A stretch of 36,076 nt of DNA from Octopus bimaculoides (GCF_001194135.2 NC_068984.1:143425572-143461647); one strand, 5' to 3'. Positions 21,582 through 33,534 are shown, counted from the first letter of the stretch. Numbers and translations: made by a program. Notes: a model not told the origin generated them from the letters alone.

Positions 21582-21728
21582 CGTTGTAGCAATGGTATTG
21601 ATACCGTAGACTTGGAATATGACACTTGTCTACGATCAGCTATGGATATTGTTGATGGTGAAACGGTGGAAATGTATACCGAGGGAATAAGTTTGAGCCA
21701 CACCGCAGGCATGATCCACAAAGTTTGA
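21582..21728 (+). CDS. Candidate (unverified) terminal coding exon
   Basis: Weak acceptor ttcgtgtag, then RCSNGIDTVDLEYDTCLRSAMDIVDGETVEMYTEGISLSHTAGMIHKV*. The antisense strand also has an 81-codon ORF here. No recognised family. Confidence 0.15.
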   Translation, partial: RCSNGIDTVDLEYDTCLRSAMDIVDGETVEMYTEGISLSHTAGMIHKV

Positions 21729-22929
21729 TCGGTACGGGTAAATCTCAGATCACCAGGACAGATCTTTCTCTCTCTCTCTCTCTCTCTCTCGCACTTTGTT
21801 TCACTCTCTGTCTCTCTCTATCTATCTCTTTCTCTCTCTCTCTCTCTCTTCCACTCACTCCTCCTCAATATTTTCTAATGTAAATATACATGCACACATA
21901 CATACACACACGGGCACGCACACACGGGCACGCACACACGCACACATGTATGGATTATATGTATGTATTTGTGAATATATGTGTGTGTGTGTGTGTGNNN
22001 NNNNNNNNNNNNNNNNNNNNNNNNNNNNNNNNNNNNNNNNNNNNNNNNNNNNNNNNNNNNNNNNNNNNNNNNNNNNNNNNNNNNNNNNNNNNNNNNNNNN
22101 NNNNNNNNNNNNNNNNNNNNNNNNNNNNNNNNNNNNNNNNNNNNNNNNNNNNNNNNNNNNNNNNNNNNNNNNNNNNNNNNNNNNNNNNNNNNNNNNNNNN
22201 NNNNNNNNNNNNNNNNNNNNNNNNNNNNNNNNNNNNNNNNNNNNNNNNNNNNNNNNNNNNNNNNNNNNNNNNNNNNNNNNNNNNNNNNNNNNNNNNNNNN
22301 NNNNNNNNNNNNNNNNNNNNNNNNNNNNNNNNNNNNNNNNNNNNNNNNNNNNNNNNNNNNNNNNNNNNNNNNNNNNNNNNNNNNNNNNNNNNNNNNNNNN
22401 NNNNNNNNNNNNNNNNNNNNNNNNNNNNNNNNNNNNNNNNNNNNNNNNNNNNNNNNNNNNNNNNNNNNNNNNNNNNNNNNNNNNNNNNNNNNNNNNNNNN
22501 NNNNNNNNNNNNNNNNNNNNNNNNNNNNNNNNNNNNNNNNNNNNNNNNNNNNNNNNNNNNNNNNNNNNNNNNNNNNNNNNNNNNNNNNNNNNNNNNNNNN
22601 NNNNNNNNNNNNNNNNNNNNNNNNNNNNNNNNNNNNNNNNNNNNNNNNNNNNNNNNNNNNNNNNNNNNNNNNNNNNNNNNNNNNNNNNNNNNNNNNNNNN
22701 NNNNNNNNNNNNNNNNNNNNNNNNNNNNNNNNNNNNNNNNNNNNNNNNNNNNNNNNNNNNNNNNNNNNNNNNNNNNNNNNNNNNNNNNNNNNNNNNNNNN
22801 NNNNNNNNNNNNNNNNNNNNNNNNNNNNNNNNNNNNNNNNNNNNNNNNNNNNNNNNNNNNNNNNNNNNNNNNNNNNNNNNNNNNNNNNNNNNNNNCCTTC
22901 ATAATGTGTACTAAAAGGAGTAAGACAAC

Positions 22930-23110
22930 TAGCTGGCAGAATCGTTACCGCGCCGGGCAAAATGCTTCGTCGTTACGTTTTGAGTTCAATTTCCGCCGAG
23001 GTCGATGTTGTCTTTTTTTTTTATCCTTTCATGGTTGATAAAATAAGTGGTTGTTAATCGACTTATCCCGTCCTCCGAAATTGCTGGCCTTGTGCTGATA
23101 TTTGAAACCG
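22930..23110 (+). mobile_element. SINE family A with an internal deletion
   Basis: agctggcagaatcgttaccgcgccgggcaaaatgc...gagttcaatttccgccgaggtcgat...ggccttgtgctg. Confidence 0.8.
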
Positions 23111-23489
23111 ATAGAGGAATCAATTAAAACATCGTTATGGTTCAATCAGCCAGGAGCAAAAGGCACGCAGCGAAGTGAATAAATATTAACCATGAGAAGG
23201 TGTAAGGGAGATAACTGTTGTTCGTATAATTCCTGTTTAGCCCAGAGACAAGTTTCACCTAAAGTTTGTATGAGAAAAACAAGAAGAAATGGAGGGGAAA
23301 AAAGGAAAAAAATGTTGCTCTTGGTACATGAAAGATTATTTAAAGTGAAAAAAAAAAAAAATAGTAACAAAAAAATGGGTATTTAATTAATTTTTCAAAG
23401 AAAAGAAATGCAAAAGTAGGTTTCGTTAATGGTGAATCTTCACAGGTTAAACTAATCTATGGTTGTGTGAATGTGTGTGNNNNNNNNNN

Positions 23490-23540
<51 letters not shown>

Positions 23541-23559
23541 GTACATACATCTAAAGGAT

Positions 23560-23780
23560 GCTTCTGTTAGCTCAGTGCTCTCCTTATTGGTCGCTTTTAC
23601 CAGTTGCTAGCTAGAATCTTCAATTGAATTCTCTAACTTCTCCTCTTTGCAATCAGTGGCAGAGTGTCTTCATAGCTCACAGGGTCCACCTCTAAGATTT
23701 TCCAGCATTTGGTTGAGTGTTCGATAAGCGTTGGCCGAATGTCAGCGCTAAATAGGAAACGAGTGGCCATCGTATTTCCA
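23560..23780 (-). mobile_element. Possible decayed RTE ORF2 C-terminal remnant
   Basis: Minus frame RPTLIEHSTKCWKILEVDPVSYEDT loosely resembles the RTE region RP-x-LRYKD...K-x-L-x-ID-x-x-SWE. Confidence 0.25.
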
Positions 23781-24432
23781 GACTAAACCCTTTTAGTCTT
23801 TTCTTGTTTCTTGCCTCATTATAATCTTTGTCTAATCAAGAACCTTCCTTAGAAAACTATTTCTTCACTTATCTTGTAACGATATCACAAATGTAGACCG
23901 CAAGCATAGCGTTTCAAAATCTTATAATCTTTGATTATGATCAGATTTTAGCTTCCACATTTCTGAATTGTAGGTTCAGATTATTAGCATAAAGACGTTG
24001 ACCAGTTAAACTTCGTGTTTATAATAACGTTCCTATTCAAGATTGTGGTTTTCATTATTCCAAATAGTTTACACACTAGCGAGACACGTTTCTAAACCAC
24101 CTCAGTTCCGTGCGGTACACTACCACTGAGAGAATACAAGCTCTATAAAATATTTCATATTTCATGACCACCCCACGTGATCACTTCTCCGCTATGTCAC
24201 ATGATCCTCTACTCTAAGTCATTTGTTTTCGTGTCTCTGTTTTTCTTCGTTTCGTCAAACCGTTCAGTCATTAACATCAACTTCTCATTGCTTTTAGGTA
24301 TTCGACAAAAATTGGCATCGATTGAAGTTGTGCTAGATCTAAAACCAAATTTATTCCCTCTTGACGGATAATTTCTTGGGGAAAAAATTATTAATAGAGA
24401 CGATGTCAACTATATGAAAACTAAAAACAATA

Positions 24433-24463
<31 letters not shown>

Positions 24464-24646
24464 TCACACACATGCTGAGTATTCCACCAATTCTAACACT
24501 CTCCTGCCCCATATTTAACTAAACTTGTCACATCATCAAATTTCGAAGCTCTTCTNNNNNNNNNNNNNNNNNNNNNNNNNNNNNNNNNNNNNNNNNNNCA
24601 CACACACACATACTCGTACATATTTGTATACACGCACACACACACA

Positions 24647-24681
<35 letters not shown>

Positions 24682-24969
24682 TCACACACATGCTGAGTAT
24701 TCCACCAATTCTAACACTCTCCTGCCCCATATTTAACTAAACTTGTCACATCATCAAATTTCGAAGCTCTTCTCTTTCTCCAACTTTCAATGTGGTGTGG
24801 GGACCAGGGCCCAAGATACCGCAGAGGGCTGCCAGAACGTAGAGAAAAGGGATGGGATGCATCCTCAAAGTGGACACCTGATCTATCCGGTTACAGCAAT
24901 AGGGAGCCGCAAAAGGCATCCAAGGTAACCAGGTTTGTGGTGTTAAATTGGACGATGGGTGAAGTCTGC

Positions 24970-25190
24970 TACACAGGTAGGCACCGGTGGGATTTGAACT
25001 TAGAACGCAGAATTGAGTGAAATGAAATACCAAAGTGGGCATTAACTGGGATTTTTTCTTTTCTTATCAACCATGAATGGAGGAAACACAAAATTGGCCT
25101 TGATGGAATTTGAACTTATGTCGCGGAGAGAGTTGGAATGGATATTGTGAAGTATTCTATCAAACTCTCCAACGATAGGTTCACTGCAAC
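24970..25190 (-). mobile_element. Two very degenerate family-A fragments
   Basis: ggtgggatttgaacttagaacg and gatggaatttgaacttatg match the reverse complement of the box-B region. Confidence 0.45.
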
Positions 25191-25197
25191 AAGCATA

Positions 25198-25900
25198 AAT
25201 AAATAAATAAATAAATCATAGTATGACAGTTTCTACCAGACCATCAGATGCTGTAACACACCGCTGGTCATAATACGCTTCCATTTCTGTCTTGATTGCT
25301 CCATTCTGTTTCCTCTAAACTCAAATTGCCTAACTAGATCGCCTTCCCATTGTCGTGGAGGTCTTCCAAGTAGCCTTTTCCGATCTCTTTGATACCCACT
25401 TCGACAAATGCACGGGTCCACCTGTTGTCTGTGAATCTTGGAACATGTTTGGACAAGTGGAACTTGTCCTTTCGGTATTCTGCAATACACATCGTTCACT
25501 CCCGCCCGATTCCGTGACGACCTATACAAGTCCGCGTTTCAAGATCATCCCCGGGTTTAGCATTCAGCTCACCCATCAGAACAAGTCTGCCATTTTTATC
25601 CACGCTTCCTTCATACAACACTGAGATCCATGTAAAATATATGAATTTCAATCAGTGAACCGGCAAAAGTTGGAGCACATACGCTAATCCTAATCACAGT
25701 TATAAAGTAATTTGAGTGGCAAACAAAGAGACATAATATTATACGAGAAACCATGAGGTAACTCAGAAAGACGCTGTACTAAATGTGTCTTTACAGCAAA
25801 CCTGGCACTGACTTCTCGGCCATCATTACAAAATCTGTCTTTGGGAAAGTAACACGTTAAAAGACCCTGCTAACACTGTAGATTTCTGGTGAGACTATCA
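25198..25900 (-). mobile_element. RTE-clade LINE remnant: APE endonuclease segment joined directly to the ORF2 C-terminus and an (ATTT)n tail
   Basis: Minus frames: GREVSARFAVKTHLVQRLSELPHGFSYNIMSLCLPL / ISVCAPT...FYMDL / LVLMGELNAKPG...CIGRHGIG (APE). Then KFHLSKHVPRFTDNRWT / WYQRDRKRLLGRPPRQWEGD (C-terminus). No RT between them. Confidence 0.85.
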
Positions 25901-25946
25901 TTTACAAACACATGTAGATTCAAATCTCAATGCATGTAGACAAATT

Positions 25947-26157
25947 ATTCTTTTCTACTCTAGGTACAAGGCCCGAAATTTTGGGGGAGACAGTCGATCA
26001 GATCGACCGCAGTACGCAACTGGTACTTAATTTATCTACCCCGAAAGGATGAAAGGCAAAGTCGACCTCGGTGGAATTTGAACTCAGAACGTAAAGACAG
26101 ACGAAATAACGCTAAGCATTTCGCCCGGCTTGCTAACGTTTCTGCCAGCTCGCCGCC
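25947..26157 (-). mobile_element. SINE family A, full length, young
   Basis: Near-consensus reverse complement of 2619-2838 and 4752-4966. Confidence 0.92.
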
Positions 26158-26425
26158 TTATGTAGACGAATTATTAGAGTAATGCGGTCTCTCTGCAGTT
26201 CATCCGTCCTTTGATAAGTCTTATATATTTTTCATTCTCCAGGCCATGCTAATATTACTCACCTCACCATACGAAAGTATGGTTAAGTATATTTATGCCA
26301 TCTCAGGCCATGAGACTTTATTTCTTTGATGAAGTCAAAAGGTTCGTCGGGGCTTTAGGCGTTTCTGACCATAAGTGATTTCCTCGACGAAACAAGAAAG
26401 GGTCAGAAAAAAAGAAAGAGTGAAG

Positions 26426-26565
26426 GACTGGTACTTTGTTTATTGAACACGAAAAAATGACAGGTAAATTTGACCGCAGCTGGATTTGAACTCGGAGAGC
26501 AGACTCGGAATGATTACCGCAAACCAACCTATCCAACGCTCTGATGATTCTGCCATTTGACCGCT
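26426..26565 (-). mobile_element. SINE family A, diverged 5' part
   Basis: actggtactttgtttattg...ggatttgaactcggag...gattctgccatttgaccgc. Confidence 0.65.
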
Positions 26566-26716
26566 TATAAGAATACGTATACCATCTGCCCAACCATCCA
26601 AATTTATGCATATACCCAACTCTCTCTTCCTTTTTCTCTCTCTTTCTCTCTCTCTCTCTCACTCACTCTCTCACTATATGTATGCGCGTGTCGTAAGAAC
26701 GTATATNNNNNNNNNN

Positions 26717-26766
<50 letters not shown>

Positions 26767-28167
26767 TGTGTGTGTATAATGATATATGCCTAAGTCCACC
26801 TCGACCATAGGGGGTTGCCTATACGTGTTCACTGTGTTGGCTTTAGTGAAAAGCTTACAATTAAGGCACGCGGTGAATGCGTAGGGGAAGTCCATTAAGC
26901 AACTTTAAATAAGCCGTGTCGTTCCAAGATGGCGTCGATCGGATTCAACTGTAAGTAATTATTGACATTTTATTCCATCTTTAATATATTTTTGTATTTT
27001 AATATAATTTTGGACTAAGAAATAATAAAGTTTAACTCTGCTTTTAATTCTATACATGTACATGCATAATCTATATCTCCGATCATTTTCCTCAGTATGT
27101 CTGGCCATCTTTTTTTTTTTTTCCCGCGATCCCTTTTGATCGAAATCCCCCCCTTTTTTTCCGCGATCCCTTTTGATCGAAATTATCCCCCTCCCCCCAA
27201 GAAAAGCTCTACATTGTAATTTGTCCATTTTCTGTATTTAGCCCTGTGTGGCTATAATAAAAAGACATCTATNNNNNNNNNNNNNNNNNNNNNNNNNNNN
27301 NNNNNNNNNNNNNNNNNNNNNNNNNNNNNNNNNNNNNNNNNNNNNNNNNNNNNNNNNNNNNNNNNNNNNNNNNNNNNNNNNNNNNNNNNNNNNNNNNNNN
27401 NNNNNNNNNNNNNNNNNNNNNNNNNNNNNNNNNNNNNNNNNNNNNNNNNNNNNNNNNNNNNNNNNNNNNNNNNNNNNNNNNNNNNNNNNNNNNNNNNNNN
27501 NNNNNNNNNNNNNNNNNNNNNNNNNNNNNNNNNNNNNNNNNNNNNNNNNNNNNNNNNNNNNNNNNNNNNNNNNNNNNNNNNNNNNNNNNNNNNNNNNNNN
27601 NNNNNNNNNNNNNNNNNNNNNNNNNNNNNNNNNNNNNNNNNNNNNNNNNNNNNNNNNNNNNNNNNNNNNNNNNNNNNNNNNNNNNNNNNNNNNNNNNNNN
27701 NNNNNNNNNNNNNNNNNNNNNNNNNNNNNNNNNNNNNNNATATATTTTAATAAATGTATGCAATCCTGTATGTATACCACATTTGATAATCAATAAAGCG
27801 AAACACTTGAAAATTATATACGTGTTTGTTATCAATATTTCTACAATCCTAAATTTTATTATTTACTTCATCTTCATTTTCAACATCATCACCATCACCA
27901 TCACCACTACCCCTGTCTCCACCGCCCTCATCACCATTATCCTGTTTAAAATTAAACGGATGGGTTTTCTTATAAAAAGAATAAAACATTTTCAAAGACT
28001 TCTTCGGGAAGATTACAGTAAAATCAACATGTCATAATATCGGTAAGTTCTTCACATGGTTGTAGATTCCAAGCAGTGCCAAAATGATTCGATATCATGT
28101 TGTTACATGGTGAATTCCACAAAATCATATATGAAAGCCTAGGGTTCATATAGAGCCCAATTGAGAA

Positions 28168-28437
28168 CAGTGGTTCCCGGGGGCGGTGGAAAGATCTGGG
28201 GGGAGGACGTTGTAGAAAAATGGGGCAATAATGGGGTGACAAAAACGGGGCAATGGACGTAAAAAAAGAAATAAACAAAATAAGGGGTTAATTAGATTAT
28301 GTTTTATTTGTGAAATTCTGTTGTTTTGAGTTTGCTTCAGAAAATGGCCTCTTTCTGATGGTGAGTGGTAGATGGGTACTAAGAATGTGGCCTAAGAACC
28401 AAGGAGGCGGCAGCTTGAAAAAATTGGGGAACCACTG
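28168..28437. mobile_element. hAT-type MITE (270 bp)
   Basis: 11-bp TIRs CAGTGGTTCCC (28168-28178) and GGGAACCACTG (28427-28437). 8-bp flanks attgagaa / gtcgagaa match at 6 of 8, consistent with an aged hAT target-site duplication. Confidence 0.85.
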
Positions 28438-28619
28438 GTCGAGAACAATGTTCATTATAGCGAATGGGGCTGTGAGGATTGAAAAACAAGGCAGAAAACT
28501 TAAAATATTTAGAAAGAAAATGAAGATCGTTTTAAATTTTCTAAAATCGTTCAAAACCAGTACCATGAGAGAATTATAGCAATACAACTTCTTGTAAGAC
28601 TGTTCATTAATAAAACTGG

Positions 28620-29051
28620 GGGGGAGGAGTGAGGCAAGAAACTCTCTTCCCAATCACATGGTTCGGGGTTCAGTCCTACTGCATGATGCATTGGGCAGGT
28701 GTCTTCAACTAAAGCCTCGGGCTGACCAAAGCCTTCTCTGTGGATTTGGCAGACAGAAACTGAAAGAAGCCCGACGTGTATACAAGCACACACATATTTA
28801 TATATACACTGTGTGTGTGTGTGTGCGTGTGTATATGTGCATATATATGTGCGTGTGTGTGTTTGTTTGTCCCTCAACGCCACTTGACAACCGGTGGTAG
28901 TGTGTTTACGCCCTCGTAACCTAGATATTCGACAGAATAAGTACCAGGCTTAAAACAGAAAATAAGTCCTGGGCCCCATTCATGCGACTAAAAATTCTTC
29001 AATGTGGTGCCCCAGTATGGTCGCAGTCTAGTGACTGAAAGAAGTAAAAGA
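28620..29051 (+). mobile_element. SINE family B, full length
   Basis: ttcccaatcacatggttcggggttcagtcc...gaaactgaaagaagcccg, an internal (AT/GT)n, then cacttgacaaccgg...aataagtaccaggc...gtgactgaaagaagtaaaaga. Confidence 0.9.
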
Positions 29052-30184
29052 TCAAAGACAAATGGCAATATTTGGTGCGAGATATGGCATTTGGTATACA
29101 TCAACTTCAGAATCAAAGATTTGGAAATGGGATTCCATTTTCCGTTTTGAGAATTTTCAGACAATCGACCAAGAATTATTTTTATATTTAAAAAAAATTT
29201 TCCCCGTGTTTACCGTATACATTCCCTGTTCACAATATACTTAAATGAACTAAAGTTCATTTCTGTGCTGTTATTGATATATCGATAATTGTATTAAGCA
29301 AATTTAGAAATTTCTATTTAAAATTAAATCGTTTAAAATAGAAAAGCATAATTCTTTCTATTCAGGTAGAGTTTGAATTGTAAATAATTAATTGGGTTAA
29401 ATTGACGTCTATCATTAGAGCAGAATACATAAATTGACGTGGCTCTATGTATGTGCGAGTTAGTGTGCGTTTGGTGTATGTGTATATGCGTGCGTGTGTG
29501 TCTGTGAGTGTGTGAGTGTGTGTGGTGTCTGTGTGTNNNNNNNNNNNNNNNNNNNNNNNNNNNNNNNNNNNNNNNNNNNNNNNNNNNNNNNNNNNNNNNN
29601 NNNNNNNNNNNNNNNNNNNNNNNNNNNNNNNNNNNNCATACATACATACATACATTTCTGCATACACAAACACACATGCACGCTGGTGCACACGCATGCG
29701 CACAAACAGGCCAAAGAAACGCAGCTCCGATAACAGAAAATGTCAACATCCATGGAGAAGGTTGCGTAAGCAACGAAAATTATGGGGAAAAATATATATA
29801 TGAATAATAAATGAGTGGAAATTGAACCGGTGAGTGTGTTAGATATTAAGGCATTAAGTCAGTATGGTTCTCAGTATGACAAAACAAAAATTTGTTTCAA
29901 CACACGAATTCACACAAAGAATCTTGCAAATCGGATACAAAAATTCAAAACTGTCGTAGAATAATTAATTATGCAAACATGTATAAGGTTGATGAATGAG
30001 ATCAACGCTTGGAGCTTTACACAAGTAAAATGTGGCTTACGTACAATGTCTCAGGTGGAATAGATTGAACTCATGTTCTGTCGGTTGTCTTCGTGTTTGA
30101 GGAGAAACAGTCTCAGGACAAGAAATGTTCAAATCAGTGAACATTACAGAAAATTTTGAGACGAAACACGAGTAATAGGCTAGT

Positions 30185-30185
<1 letters not shown>

Positions 30186-30229
<44 letters not shown>

Positions 30230-30487
30230 AAAACAACAAATATATAATAATACATATAGATCTGTGCTTATGTATGCATGCATGTATGTATATATGCATG
30301 AATGTATGTATTATTATGTATGTATGTATATATATATATGTATATATATGTATGTATATATATATATATATGTATATATGTATATATGTACGTAGGCATG
30401 TATGTATGTATTAATGTATGTATGTATGTATGTATGTATGTATGTATGTATGTATGTATGTATGCTTGTATGTATGTATGTATATGA
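30186..30487. repeat. (AT)n and (ATGT)n microsatellite field
   Basis: Directly visible. Confidence 0.95.
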
Positions 30488-30749
30488 GAAGATTTGTATG
30501 ATTTATTTTATGTAAGTATTCTTATACATATATTTGCATATCTAGACATGCTCATATATATTTAAATGATAAACTTCAGGAAAGTTTTACAGATTTCTAC
30601 AGTTCCAGTGATGGATTGGATCTGTAGTCTTCGAATTAGCTATCTCCTGCCTGGTTTTCAGAAGCCTAATATCTCAAGATTGGTATTTATGCAGTGCGTT
30701 ACATATCCCATATGTATGTATGTATGTATGTATATGTTATGTATGTATT

Positions 30750-30903
30750 CGAGATTCTTTCACTTTCCGTCTACTAATTCCTCTCTTCAGCCTCCGCCCG
30801 AGGCTATAATAAAAAATACATACTTAAGATGCCACGCAGTGGGATTGAACGTAGAACCATGTTTTCGGGAAGCAGGCTTTTTACCACACAGCCATGCATG
30901 CAC
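30750..30903 (-). mobile_element. SINE family B, 5' half
   Basis: ctttccgtctac...gcccgaggctataata...gccacgcagtgggattgaac...ggaagcaggctttttaccacacagcc. Confidence 0.8.
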
Positions 30904-31223
30904 CTAACAGTATATTTATTATGAATTTCCTTGAGAGGATATATGAAAATGTTTTAAGAGACAAACAATTAACCGTAATTTTGAGACTCAAAATGGAAAC
31001 GATGCGAATTATGAAAAAACTTTTTACTTACTTCTTAATCAATTCATATTGTAAATAATCCATAGAATGAGATGAGGTTTAAAAGGATTTATTTCTGCAA
31101 TTTTTACAGACATGTCTTCTTATAATGGACTTAATATACGGGTATATAAATAAATAAACATAATTTCATCGGCAACTGAAATCAAAATAGATGTTAAAAA
31201 TGTGAAGAAAAATATAGACTACG

Positions 31224-31267
<44 letters not shown>

Positions 31268-31270
<3 letters not shown>

Positions 31271-31426
31271 ATGGAGCAAAAACGCAATAGAGGACATTAA
31301 AACATTCGGACAAATAGACGATACAAAGGCAGACATGAGAAACAACAATTAGAAGGACAGTCAAGTTACCAGAAGTTACGACTATTTCGGGCAGTTACAC
31401 TTGAGATAGTTCGATCTGGTTGCCCC
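31268..31426 (-). mobile_element. Penelope-like terminal relic embedded in (AT)n
   Basis: Flanked by (AT)n on both sides. Minus strand has a GGGCA...TGCCC stem followed directly by GAAA (hammerhead stem II-GAAA layout), but the CUGANGA side is missing. Confidence 0.35.
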
Positions 31427-31577
<151 letters not shown>

Positions 31578-31745
31578 GATAATGATGCAAATAAGAAAAT
31601 AAAACTGCTTGGGTTAAATATACAAAACATATATACATCTATACATGAAAACATAGGAAAAGCAGAAAACGAAAATTTTCAAACGATGAATATTGATGTA
31701 GAAGTATATAGATATTTATATACTTCTGTGTCTTTCTATATATTG

Positions 31746-31811
31746 TGTCTTTGTATTGTGTAAATTTGCTCTGTTAATACAGAGCAAATTTACACAGAGT
31801 GCAAAGTGACA
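31746..31811. other. Long hairpin: perfect 18-bp inverted repeat with a 4-nt loop and an extended imperfect stem
   Basis: TGTGTAAATTTGCTCTGT (31757-31774), taat, ACAGAGCAAATTTACACA (31779-31796). The flanks TGTCTTTGTA and TGCAAAG(TG)ACA also pair. Confidence 0.9.
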
Positions 31812-32085
31812 GGAAAGTAAAAAGCAGATGGTATGGTGTTACAGGCACGACAGCTGTTTCTGGGAGCTCGGAAATACTTCATAATGTTGGCAGATGTAGT
31901 TCACAAAAATATGCTGGTTTCGTGCCAAAAATTTGGAAGCATTGTTATTAGATGATTTTCAGGGACGAATAAACATGGTACGACTGAATGTGGTTTTACG
32001 GATATTGCCGTTCACCGGATTCTAGGAAAATGTGCAGAGAAACCGGGAAGAGAAGGTAAAAAGAAAAGGATATGAATAAAGAAGA

Positions 32086-32131
<46 letters not shown>

Positions 32132-33272
32132 NNNNNNNNNNNNNNNNNNNNNNNNNNNNNNNNNNNNNNNNNNNNNNNNNNNNNNNNNNNNNNNNNNNNN
32201 NNNNNNNNNNNNNNNNNNNNNNNNNNNNNNNNNNNNNNNNNNNNNNNNNNNNNNNNNNNNNNNNNNNNNNNNNNNNNNNNNNNNNNNNNNNNNNNNNNNN
32301 NNNNNNNNNNNNNNNNNNNNNNNNNNNNNNNNNNNNNNNNNNNNNNNNNNNNNNNNNNNNNNNNNNNNNNNNNNNNNNNNNNNNNNNNNNNNNNNNNNNN
32401 NNNNNNNNNNNNNNNNNNNNNNNNNNNNNNNNNNNNNNNNNNNNNNNNNNNNNNNNNNNNNNNNNNNNNNNNNNNNNNNNNNNNNNNNNNNNNNNNNNNN
32501 NNNNNNNNNNNNNNNNNNNNNNNNNNNNNNNNNNNNNNNNNNNNNNNNNNNNNNNNNNNNNNNNNNNNNNNNNNNNNNNNNNNNNNNNNNNNNNNNNNNN
32601 NNNNNNNNNNNNNNNNNNNNNNNNNNNNNNNNNNNNNNNNNNNNNNNNNNNNNNNNNNNNNNNNNNNNNNNNNNNNNNNNNNNNNNNNNNNNNNNNNNNN
32701 NNNNNNNNNNNNNNNNNNNNNNNNNNNNNNNNNNNNNNNNNNNNNNNNNNNNNNNNNNNNNNNNNNNNNNNNNNNNNNNNNNNNNNNNNNNNNNNNNNNN
32801 NNNNNNNNNNNNNNNNNNNNNNNNNNNNNNNNNNNNNAAATTTGGGATTTTGTGGAGGGTCAAAATTGGTAACACAAACAGGACAGTGAAAACAAACAGG
32901 AAGGGCTGCTAAGCCTAAACGAGGTTGTGGTGGCGAACGCGTAAATCAAACGTGGACAGCAGACAAAGAAGAACACGTCTTCCTTGTTCCAGCTACAACG
33001 GAGGAAAAGAAACACAAGTTAGAAGAAAGAAATAAAGATGGGCGATGGTCACGAGGGAACCACGTGATGTGTGTATATATGCACGTACGTATGTATGTAT
33101 GTACGTATGTATGTATGTACGTGTAAAATGTATGTAAGTTGTAGAACACGAATTTTCTGGTCATTAAAAGATATTCCACGAGTAAACGATTTATTAAAAC
33201 GATAATAACATTCTGTGAGAGTCAAAAAGTTTATCTGGAACAGTGTATTGATGTGTTAAATATTTGTTACCT

Positions 33273-33424
33273 AAATCTATTTAGCACACTAAAATAGGAT
33301 ATTAGTTAACTAAATCAACACGCTCGTAGCCTGGCAACAAATCATATAGGCCTCCAGGTAATTTCGTTATTATGCAATTTGATTTCGTTAACTAATGTCC
33401 CATATTAGTGTGCTAAATAGATTT
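33273..33424. mobile_element. MITE-like element with 46-bp terminal inverted repeats
   Basis: 33273-33318 versus the reverse complement of 33379-33424: 42 of 46 identical, 60-bp spacer. No clear TSD. Confidence 0.65.
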
Positions 33425-33534
33425 CAACGTCATAGATATTATAGACACACATACGTGTGTATTTCAGTGTGTCTCTGTGTGTCTAAGTATATATGTCTAT
33501 ATATGTATGAGAGTACGTATATGAATATATACAT

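Noticed and set aside
21796-23038. Longest ORFs in the track (300-380 aa), and similar ones at 9457-9846, 27238-27835, 29333-29807, 32012-32875 and 34434-34961
   Set aside because: They are open only because they run through N-gaps and dinucleotide repeats.
24436-24773. About 100-nt direct duplication (offset 218) spanning a gap
   Set aside because: Identical copies flank a gap and a (CA)n tract; most likely an assembly artefact.
24808-24925. Plus-strand open segment ending in AAG|GTAACC
   Set aside because: Poor acceptor, no recognisable peptide, and flanked by repeat debris; unsupported.
26230-26420. Minus-strand exon candidate with a GAG|GTGAGT donor and an ACCATAC-GAAA-GTATGGT hairpin
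   Set aside because: All frames between the plausible acceptor and the donor contain stops. EIKSHGLRW hints at a decayed RTE fragment instead, and a 7-bp hairpin alone is expected by chance.
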